Virus record (IMG/VR): IMGVR_UViG_3300044970_002549 | Location: 1 to 64,000 of that record | Source: a virus | DNA length: 64,000 nucleotides | Strand: one strand, 5' to 3' | Part shown: in pieces, positions 35,064-41,990 of the stretch | Layout of the letters: each line of letters starts with the position of its first letter | How positions within the stretch are numbered: the stretch's first letter is position 1 | The notes under the pieces: generated by a model | What the model saw: only the letters and a program-made list of their open reading frames with translations | Database searches by the model: none | What the model was told of the DNA's origin: nothing | Program-made: the position numbers and the translations under genes

Positions 35064-35267
35064 GTCTGGCCAGCAGTACGGCGTGCCATTACCCGCTCAT
35101 CGATTTACCCCAACCCCTCGCATAGAACAGATGACCCCCCCTACCCATGCGCGCGCTACGTGCAAATCAACATTTGACCAATCTGTGGCGATTACCCCTC
35201 AACCCCTCTTCCTGCAATAAAAAAGCCCAGGCACATGGCCTAGGCGCTAATTTTTTTTTACAGAAAA

Positions 35268-35756
35268 TTATCTACGAGCGAGCGAGATACGGCGACAGGC
35301 TCTGCACTCTCTCCGGCCCCGTGGAGACCGGTAGGTGTTCTCGTCGGTCCATTCATGTCCCTTGCTGCAATGCGTGATACGCCCAGCAGCTGCAAGACCG
35401 CGGAGTATGTTTATTCTGCACGTCACAGGCTCAAGGTGTTTTGTATTGACACACTTTCGCACCCTACATAGGTGGTCAAGGTGTAATCCCCTGGCAATAG
35501 GCCCAACCTCATAGAGATACGCCCATCGGTGTGCAAGGACCTTCTTCCCTTGGTGTTTGAATCCACCGTATCCCCTTGAGTCAATCGTACCGGTCCATTC
35601 ATGGCACCCTGTGGTCTCATTCACATACACAAAAGTTCGGAAACGTACCGCGACTTTTTCTTCCACTACGGGCTGACAGATGCGACCATCGGTGTGGGGG
35701 GCCGCCGCGCGCCCGTAGGCACCCCTAGGAGCGACGGAGAGGCGTGATTCTGGCAC
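35268..35756 (-). CDS. HNH homing-type endonuclease
   Basis: CHEWTG...GYG...AHRWAY...LDHLCRVRKCVNTKHLEPVT..N; THCSKGHE...RECRAC. Confidence 0.88.
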   Translation of the reverse strand: MPESRLSVAPRGAYGRAAAPHTDGRICQPVVEEKVAVRFRTFVYVNETTGCHEWTGTIDSRGYGGFKHQGKKVLAHRWAYLYEVGPIARGLHLDHLCRVRKCVNTKHLEPVTCRINILRGLAAAGRITHCSKGHEWTDENTYRSPRGRRECRACRRISLARR

Positions 35757-35763
35757 CTTGGGG

Positions 35764-36162
35764 TCAGAGGGCCTTAGAGGCCTTTGCCATAGCTGTTACG
35801 GGGTCTGGGTTGATGGAACGGAGGAACTGTCGCTCAGAAACAGCTTCTGGGTCAAGCATCATCCTACGGAGAAGGTCTTCTGCCGTCAGGAAGCCTGCAA
35901 ATGCCTTTGGTGAACCGTTGGCAATAGAGGTGTAGAGAACGTAGGGAACGCTCTTGATGCCGTACTCCTGCACGATAGCAGGGTTCTCATCCACATTTAC
36001 CTTGATAACGGTAACGTCTTTTCGGAATGACGCGATTTTCTCGAGCTCTGCACTGATCGCAACACATGGCTTGCACCATGGAGCCCAAAAATCAACGATA
36101 GTTGGCCCTTTCGACAGTGCAGTTGTGATCTCTTGTGATGTGACGGGGGTTGACTGGGCCAT
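35764..36162 (-). CDS. Thioredoxin
   Basis: IVDFWAPWCKPC, KVNVDENP, YGIKSVP; AAGGAG RBS at the 36162 start. Confidence 0.9.
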   Translation of the reverse strand: MAQSTPVTSQEITTALSKGPTIVDFWAPWCKPCVAISAELEKIASFRKDVTVIKVNVDENPAIVQEYGIKSVPYVLYTSIANGSPKAFAGFLTAEDLLRRMMLDPEAVSERQFLRSINPDPVTAMAKASKAL

Positions 36163-36235
36163 AACAAACTCCTTATGGGTGACAAGAGGGGGCTGGATTT
36201 CTCCAACCCCCTCAGGAATGAGGTCGCTTATCCTA

Positions 36236-36460
36236 TCAGTTGACGTCGCGTGACGCAATGATTCGGGGTGCCTTCATCGATGGTATATCTTCCACCGGCT
36301 CTCCAATTTTTTCCGCAATTTTCGCCATTGTGTTGACGAGTTCGGAAAGCACCGGTAACACTTTACGCAGCATCGTTTCTCGCTCTGCGCTTTGTTCCAT
36401 TTCTTGTACTGCTTTTAAATCGTCAGCAATCTGCTGCAAATCGTAGTTCTTCATCAACAT
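36236..36460 (-). CDS. Hypothetical protein
   Basis: TAATG-coupled to ssb. Confidence 0.55.
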   Translation of the reverse strand: MLMKNYDLQQIADDLKAVQEMEQSAERETMLRKVLPVLSELVNTMAKIAEKIGEPVEDIPSMKAPRIIASRDVN

Positions 36461-36843
36461 TAGAACGGAAGCTCTTCAAGCGACTGCTGCATCTCTGCGC
36501 GTGAGGAGGTTTCACCCTCACCCTGCTTCTTTGAGCGGCTAAGCACCTGAATGTACTTTGCGGTGATGGAGATTTCCGTGTGCTCCACATCGTTCTTGTC
36601 CGTCCACGAGCTGATTTCCGGCGTTCCCTCGATCCAAATAAGGTCGCCCTTCTGGACAATCTTATCGGCAAGCTCTGCACGACCATCCCAACAAGTAATC
36701 GGATACCACGTCGACTTCTCTTCACCATTCGCATCCTTTGTGCCATGGACGGCGACGTTGAAATTCGCCACTGGACGGCCCTTTGCCGTAGAGCGGACGA
36801 CGGGACGAGCACCAACATAACCAATCAACTGTACCTTAATCAT
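36460..36843 (-). CDS. ssb: Single-stranded DNA-binding protein
   Basis: VQLIGYVGARP, VANFNVA, W...W, KGDLIWIEG, acidic ELPF tail. Confidence 0.93.
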   Translation of the reverse strand: MIKVQLIGYVGARPVVRSTAKGRPVANFNVAVHGTKDANGEEKSTWYPITCWDGRAELADKIVQKGDLIWIEGTPEISSWTDKNDVEHTEISITAKYIQVLSRSKKQGEGETSSRAEMQQSLEELPF

Positions 36844-37210
36844 CTTCTTCTACCTCACTAATCCTAAGTACGATCTTTTCTTCATCGCACTTTTTCTTCA
36901 GGGTCCATACACGGGGCATGAACCTTGCATCATTCACTCCGATACCCAGCGCAATCGCGTCAAGTGTCAGTTTTAATATGTTGTCTGCGTCGATTGAACG
37001 CTTCACGTAAATCCACACATCAACCACGAGCATTGTATCACTGTCGCATGCCCATTGCTGTTCCGCCTTTGCGGCTCCGGCCATGACCGAGACGATCTTC
37101 TTCCACTGTTTTGCCTCCCTTGTCATGTAGATGTACGATTTTCGCGCCCGATACGCGGCATTCCAGCTTGGCGGACGGCCGTTGATCGTTAATTCGAGCG
37201 CGGACGACAC
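36836..37210 (-). CDS. rusA: RusA-like Holliday junction resolvase
   Basis: PPSWN, DADNILKLTLDAI, NDARF. Confidence 0.85.
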   Translation of the reverse strand: MSSALELTINGRPPSWNAAYRARKSYIYMTREAKQWKKIVSVMAGAAKAEQQWACDSDTMLVVDVWIYVKRSIDADNILKLTLDAIALGIGVNDARFMPRVWTLKKKCDEEKIVLRISEVEEDD

Positions 37211-37906
37211 CTACTTGGCCGACTTCCGTAGACCTGGACGCAAATCTTTGCCAGAAGACTCGACAACAGCGCATGTTTCAAGCAATCGGGAGACGGTCGC
37301 ACCGTATCCAAGGTCGTACAGCTCATTAATTGAGCGGTTCGACGTCACAATTGTCGGCAACATTGCTGAATATCGGCTTTCGACAAGCACATAGAGGCGT
37401 TCTGTCGCCCAATCGGTCGCTTTTTCTTTGCCGAAGTCGTCTAGAACCACCAACGGAGCTCGTTTGCAGCTGTATTGGAAGTCTTCTTGCGCCTCGGCAT
37501 CGTCAAATTTGAACGATGTGCGAATTGCATCAAGGAAAATCGGCACGTTAAAGAACTTTGGCCCGACAAGGCCTTCCATAATGCGAGAATTCATCGCCGC
37601 GGCAGCCAGATACGTCTTCCCGGTGCCAGGCGCACCCAAGAGAAAGAACCCTTGGTCAGCAAGCGGCTTTGACGCCCAGTCCAGCGCGGTCTTTGCTGCT
37701 TTTGTCTCCTTGATTTCTGGCAGCAGTGACGAAAGCGACGCACCTTGGTAGCGAATCGGCATTCCAGACTGGTTAATCCGCTTATATGCAACCTCAGGCG
37801 TTGGCACTGTCGAAGACCCCTTGACCTGTCCGTTTGACATGATCGTTACGAAGTCCAAATCTGGGACAATTTCACTAATTTTCTTTGGCTCATTCTCTTT
37901 CGACAT
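37211..37906 (-). CDS. DnaC/IstB-like AAA+ helicase loader
   Basis: GAPGTGKT, LVVLDDFGKE, RY..MLPTIVTSN, SRL, GKDLR. Confidence 0.9.
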   Translation of the reverse strand: MSKENEPKKISEIVPDLDFVTIMSNGQVKGSSTVPTPEVAYKRINQSGMPIRYQGASLSSLLPEIKETKAAKTALDWASKPLADQGFFLLGAPGTGKTYLAAAAMNSRIMEGLVGPKFFNVPIFLDAIRTSFKFDDAEAQEDFQYSCKRAPLVVLDDFGKEKATDWATERLYVLVESRYSAMLPTIVTSNRSINELYDLGYGATVSRLLETCAVVESSGKDLRPGLRKSAK

Positions 37907-38195
37907 ACTGATCGTAGTCCTCCTTGCGGCTACTTACTTCGTCAGACCACTTTCTGGTCATTGAGAGCTTCTTTACATACGCAAACGGGTCACCGCTCAC
38001 ATCACGGATTGCCGCTTCGCAGATTGCAGACATCAGGGCCGGGATTCCGCCAGGAAATGCAGCCATGAGCTGCGCAATTCGCCCATAATCGGTGCGTTTC
38101 ATTGGTTTTCCGGTTACCGCAGTGAAGAAGTCTCCGATTCTGCCCTGTCGGTTGCCCGACTGCTCAACATCGACGCGCCACTGCGCCAGCGTCAT
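37890..38195 (-). CDS. Small putative replication-initiator (DnaD-like) protein
   Basis: Directly upstream of the DnaC-like gene; DPFAYVKKL..W motif. Confidence 0.45.
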   Translation of the reverse strand: MTLAQWRVDVEQSGNRQGRIGDFFTAVTGKPMKRTDYGRIAQLMAAFPGGIPALMSAICEAAIRDVSGDPFAYVKKLSMTRKWSDEVSSRKEDYDQYVERE

Positions 38196-39073
38196 CGTAC
38201 TAGCTTGTCCAACGTGCTGTTCCTGATTCCCGGCAGAACTTCTAACATCTTTTTCTTTGTTTCTGGTAGCTTTTGTGGGTGCGACTCCCATTGGTTGCAC
38301 AGCCTCCTATACTCACACGACGAGTGCACAAATGCCGTAGGATTTGGATAGATCGCGCCCTTTTCGCGCGCGTCCAAGATTGCCCTAACGGTAATGTACA
38401 GCTGGTCGATATCATCCTGCGTTCGCGTTGTTACGCGACGCTCCACATTCGGCCCCTTTGAGTGCTTAGAGATGATGTTGAACGTCACCTTCGGGTCGTG
38501 ACCGTGATTCTGTCGAATCGCATTCACATAAGCGGTGGCCTGTGCATCTCCATGCTCTCGGCCAGCCTCCCACTTTCGGTCCGCCGTCTTGTGCTCGACT
38601 ACATCGTTCTCTTTTGTCACCATGTCCAGCACCGACTTGAGCTTGATCGGCAGTTTGCCGAGCCTGCTGTGTTCGATGTCGGCCATGAAGGTCCGCTCAA
38701 CCGCGCTTGCCGTCCAGTCATCACCTTCCAGCAGTGCGGCCTTCAACATATCCTCGCCCAACGCGCTTTCGCTAATCGGATTCTTGTCCTTTTCCTGCGT
38801 CCAGTCGATTGTGGCCGACTCCTTGGCGTAGGTGGACTTAAATGCGTCGATTGCTGGGGTAAGGTCGCCAATTTGCTTGCCGCCGCCAAAGGGCTCGTAC
38901 CAGCTGGCAAGTCCAGCATGGACTGACGTACCGAGAGCAAAAAAGCTCGTCTGCTTGTCGGTCCAGAGGCCCATGCCATACCGGTACCACCAGCGCAGCG
39001 GACACGCCATAAACTCGCGGATCTCGCTGACGCTGATGTGCTTCTTTTCGAGCGTGCTATCTGGTATCTGCAT
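38192..39073 (-). CDS. PD-(D/E)xK exonuclease (RecB/Cas4-like)
   Basis: ISVSEI..CPLRWWY, GTSVH, VE, LDMV..VVEHKT, QATAY, CEYRRLC. Confidence 0.88.
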   Translation of the reverse strand: MQIPDSTLEKKHISVSEIREFMACPLRWWYRYGMGLWTDKQTSFFALGTSVHAGLASWYEPFGGGKQIGDLTPAIDAFKSTYAKESATIDWTQEKDKNPISESALGEDMLKAALLEGDDWTASAVERTFMADIEHSRLGKLPIKLKSVLDMVTKENDVVEHKTADRKWEAGREHGDAQATAYVNAIRQNHGHDPKVTFNIISKHSKGPNVERRVTTRTQDDIDQLYITVRAILDAREKGAIYPNPTAFVHSSCEYRRLCNQWESHPQKLPETKKKMLEVLPGIRNSTLDKLVR

Positions 39074-39681
39074 TAGGAGAAGTCAGCTTTTCGGGTGTTA
39101 TAGAACACCGCAAGCCACTTCTTTGCATCAGCCCCAAGCTTCGATGACGCAATCTGTTGCGCAACCGTATTGAGGTCGGTGATCGATGCGGCACCGTTGA
39201 TGGCCTCTCGCCAATCGACAAGCTCGTCTGTTGGCTCAAAGACTTCCGCTGCTGCGCGGAGCACCTCTTCGTCTGCAATCTTCTGCGATTCGCGCTTTGC
39301 AACAACGTCTCCGCCCTTTGAGCGAATCTCATCGTTTGACGCAACCTTCTTTGATGGAAGGCCTGCCATTACGAGCGCGCGGCCCACAGCCGACGTCTCG
39401 CAGTTCTCGATTTCAGAACCCCGCGTGTATGGCGTAGCGCCCGGAATCTGCATGGCGCTGTGGCCAATGCCTGCTGGACGATCGTCCACAAAGCCAAGCC
39501 TTTCGTCAAGCCCGTTGTCTTCCTTGACGCCGCGATAGGCTCGCGCCTCAATGACCACGCGCTTCTCCGTGTGCTCAAGAAGCCGCGTTTCGATTCTGCC
39601 GTTTGGGTACGCTTCGTACCATGCCCGGATGCGCTCTGCGACATCAACGTAATCCTTAAGTGCGCTCTTGTCGAATGCCAT
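39073..39681 (-). CDS. Single-strand annealing protein (Sak/Rad52-like)
   Basis: YVDVAERI..YPNGRIET...ENCETSAVGRAL..G..AS.DE; adjacent to the exonuclease. Confidence 0.7.
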   Translation of the reverse strand: MAFDKSALKDYVDVAERIRAWYEAYPNGRIETRLLEHTEKRVVIEARAYRGVKEDNGLDERLGFVDDRPAGIGHSAMQIPGATPYTRGSEIENCETSAVGRALVMAGLPSKKVASNDEIRSKGGDVVAKRESQKIADEEVLRAAAEVFEPTDELVDWREAINGAASITDLNTVAQQIASSKLGADAKKWLAVFYNTRKADFS

Positions 39682-39696
39682 TACTAACTCCTTCTC

Positions 39697-39942
39697 TTAC
39701 TTCTGTCCGAAAAGCTCGGACTCGCTCAATCCAAGATACTCAGCCAACCGCTTCCGCATCTCTGCGGTCATCGGTGCATGGCCATACTGTACCTGGTTCA
39801 GATACCCATAGGATACACCAAGGTGCATGGCAACCCATCGTCGCTTCACCCCGGAGTCCTTGATAAGACGCCACACCTTGGCGTTCTGTTCTCGCTGCTG
39901 CTCGCGCAGCCCTTTATTTACTGCACCGCTCTGCTTACTCAT
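39697..39942 (-). CDS. XRE-family HTH regulator
   Basis: KRRWVAMHLGVSYGYLNQVQYG...LAEYLGLSESELF. Confidence 0.75.
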   Translation of the reverse strand: MSKQSGAVNKGLREQQREQNAKVWRLIKDSGVKRRWVAMHLGVSYGYLNQVQYGHAPMTAEMRKRLAEYLGLSESELFGQK

Positions 39943-40210
39943 TTCGGCCTTCCCATGTTGGCAAAGCGCCGGTCTTGACCCATTCGTCAATCGCGTACGT
40001 CACGCCCTCGCATATCAGCCACCATGTTTCTGGATCGGTGCTTGCGTATTCGCCATTTCGCATCTCGTCTCGAATGTGCGCCCACAGCTCTGGGGCCATG
40101 GCTTCGCGCATCTCGAAATCTGATACATCCTCAACCAACGAGGAGATGATCGACGACGCAGCTACTGCGCCCTGCTTGACGCTCTGAAAATCCAAATGTC
40201 CGTCACTCAT
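39935..40210 (-). CDS. Hypothetical protein
   Basis: AAGGAG RBS, operon member. Confidence 0.55.
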   Translation of the reverse strand: MSDGHLDFQSVKQGAVAASSIISSLVEDVSDFEMREAMAPELWAHIRDEMRNGEYASTDPETWWLICEGVTYAIDEWVKTGALPTWEGRNE

Positions 40211-40454
40211 TGTCGTTCTCCTTGGATACTATTCTTGTAGTATCCGATGTTTCAACCATATCGTCAAGTACCCCGCCATTGTGGCGAAGAATATGATTCA
40301 TGCACTCCACATGAATCCCTGTTCCGGCAGAGAACATTCTAATTTCTCCGAGTGGAAGAAAGTTCCCCCTCTTGACGCGCGTTGTTGATCGATTTGGGCA
40401 GTTTTGGTAGGAGCAACCGCCGTCGCCCGGATAATGAAGTGCTGGATTACCCAT
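40203..40454 (-). CDS. Small Zn-binding hypothetical protein
   Basis: C....C...HVEC. Confidence 0.5.
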   Translation of the reverse strand: MGNPALHYPGDGGCSYQNCPNRSTTRVKRGNFLPLGEIRMFSAGTGIHVECMNHILRHNGGVLDDMVETSDTTRIVSKENDNE

Positions 40455-40740
40455 GCATACCCTCCAAATACTTCCTAAGCAGAGGCTTCCACTTTTTGGA
40501 TGACTCTGTTTTTACTCTGTGGTGGAACCCGCAAAGGACCACTAAATTACCAATCGTACTAGGTCCACGTTTGCCGAATCCGGCATTGTCAACATGGTCA
40601 AGCTCCAACGAGATCGTTGTCCCTGAGCCAAATTGGCTGCCGCACTGACTGGGCATTCCGATTCGCGGGCCAACACAGGTCTTGTCGCGCTTCATGACCG
40701 TAAGCCTAAGCTCTGGCGTTACCGGGTCCTTATGTGACAT
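40447..40740 (-). CDS. Small HNH endonuclease
   Basis: VMKRDKTC, LELDHV, NLVVLCGFHHRVKT. Confidence 0.8.
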   Translation of the reverse strand: MSHKDPVTPELRLTVMKRDKTCVGPRIGMPSQCGSQFGSGTTISLELDHVDNAGFGKRGPSTIGNLVVLCGFHHRVKTESSKKWKPLLRKYLEGMHG

Positions 40741-40757
40741 GACAGGATTCTATCACA

Positions 40758-41891
40758 TCAGATTTCCCCGTGCAACCTCATGTTTTCTACGATTCTGAGG
40801 CCAATCCACTCAGCAACCAGGCTGGCCACCCCGTTTCCGCAAGCATCTGCTCGTACTGTTTCATTGGTTCTGTCAAGAAGTGGGTGCTCCATGCACGCGC
40901 CTCCCTGGATTAGGTGCTGACCAAAGACGCCAGACGAAGAGAACGCAGTTAGCGTGCTGTACGCACCGTCCTCTGTCCAGCGTTCGAAGAATCCGTTGTT
41001 CTGGCTGCGCTCAATCTTCCTGAACATCCTGAGCTCTGGTCCGTTGGAGTTTGGAAGCTCTATGATTTGGTGCGTTTGACGTGTAGACGTCGGAATCCTT
41101 TGACGAGTGTGTGCCCGTCCGGCCACCCCATTAGGCGCTCCATCTCCAGTGTAGTCAGTCTTCGCAAAATCAAGCGCTGCTGGTCGATGGTCTCGAGAAT
41201 CTTCTGGTGGAGGTCCGGCGTAAAGCCGATCTTCGGACCATTGGGTGTACTCACGACCGAGCGCCCAAGGTAGTTCTGGGCCTCCTCTCGCGTCAAGAAG
41301 AACCTCGCCGGCGCGAGCGGTTCCAAGATGTCCAAGAAGGAAGACTCGACGGCGCGGCTGCGGCACTGGCCGCCGTCCCCCATGCAGTTCACAGCTTCCG
41401 GCGCTCGACGCATCAATAGTTCGCCACGAAACGCCATACCCGAGTTCGTCCATTTCCTGGAGGAGTCGCCCCATGTCTCTTCCTTGATTTGATGTGAGGA
41501 GTCCCGGGACGTTTTCGAGAAGAATCCATTCTGGTGCAAAGGACTCAACGAGGTTGAGGAACGAGAACGCGAGGACCGAACGCTCACCTGTAAACCCCTT
41601 TCTCTTCCCTGCCGAACTTAGGTCTTGGCACGGGAAGCCAGCTGACCAAAGAGTAGCACCTTGCCAGGCTTCTCCAGTTTTTTGGGTGCTGACTGTTGTA
41701 ATGTCGCCAAGGTTTTTTAGGTGTGGCCAGCGCGCAGCAAGCACCGCAGATTGATATGCAGAATTTTCGCACATGGCAACGGTAGTCCATCCAGCAGCCT
41801 CGAGGCCTAGGTCTATTCCGCCGACACCGCTAAATGTGGAGAAGTGGCTAAGACTTTTTACCGCGCTTTTTCTTTGGCTTTTTCTCATCAA
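40758..41891 (-). CDS. C5 cytosine DNA methyltransferase, alpha polypeptide
   Basis: Motif I FSGVGG, IV GFPCQD, VI ENVPG, VIII QPRRRVF, X CGNGV..VAEWIG; motif IX absent from this frame. Confidence 0.9.
   Translation of the reverse strand: MMRKSQRKSAVKSLSHFSTFSGVGGIDLGLEAAGWTTVAMCENSAYQSAVLAARWPHLKNLGDITTVSTQKTGEAWQGATLWSAGFPCQDLSSAGKRKGFTGERSVLAFSFLNLVESFAPEWILLENVPGLLTSNQGRDMGRLLQEMDELGYGVSWRTIDASSAGSCELHGGRRPVPQPRRRVFLLGHLGTARAGEVLLDARGGPELPWALGREYTQWSEDRLYAGPPPEDSRDHRPAALDFAKTDYTGDGAPNGVAGRAHTRQRIPTSTRQTHQIIELPNSNGPELRMFRKIERSQNNGFFERWTEDGAYSTLTAFSSSGVFGQHLIQGGACMEHPLLDRTNETVRADACGNGVASLVAEWIGLRIVENMRLHGEI
41060..41587 (-). CDS. C5 methyltransferase beta polypeptide, nested in an alternative frame
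   Basis: Carries motif IX-like RRLTTLEMERLMGWPDGHT; GTG start preceded by AAAGGGG. Confidence 0.75.
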   Translation of the reverse strand: MSVRSSRSRSSTSLSPLHQNGFFSKTSRDSSHQIKEETWGDSSRKWTNSGMAFRGELLMRRAPEAVNCMGDGGQCRSRAVESSFLDILEPLAPARFFLTREEAQNYLGRSVVSTPNGPKIGFTPDLHQKILETIDQQRLILRRLTTLEMERLMGWPDGHTLVKGFRRLHVKRTKS

Positions 41892-41990
41892 GTTCTATTG
41901 TATCATCTGAAATCGGCATCGGTCCTGATGCCCGCAAAACTTTGCATGGCATGCAGAAACACGGCTGCCTGTGATAGAGCTTGTCGGCCA

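Larger units (their letters stand above)
28801..35146 (+). repeat. Dispersed bipartite intergenic repeat, (TCATCA/TTATCA/CTATTA)n plus GACCCCyTACCCC C-tracts, about 14 copies
   Basis: Copies near 28801, 29491, 30213, 30312, 30953, 31545, 31640, 32635, 32686, 32800, 33478, 34264, 34367, 35097; all in the same orientation, always after a terminator. Confidence 0.85.

Noticed and set aside
28801-35146. CRISPR array or integron cassette array
   Set aside because: Repeats are degenerate and variable in length, the intervening sequences are whole genes with their own promoters, there are no attC-type RYYYAAC/GTTRRRY ends that I can see, and no cas operon or integron integrase is present.
38192-39073. 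Cas4 as evidence of a CRISPR system
   Set aside because: It sits beside the annealing protein, DnaC-like, RusA and SSB genes, so it is an ordinary phage recombination exonuclease.
40758-41891. Methyltransferase pseudogene with frameshifts
   Set aside because: Both frames are long and open, motif X returns in the alpha frame, the nested ORF has an RBS, and a natural precedent exists.
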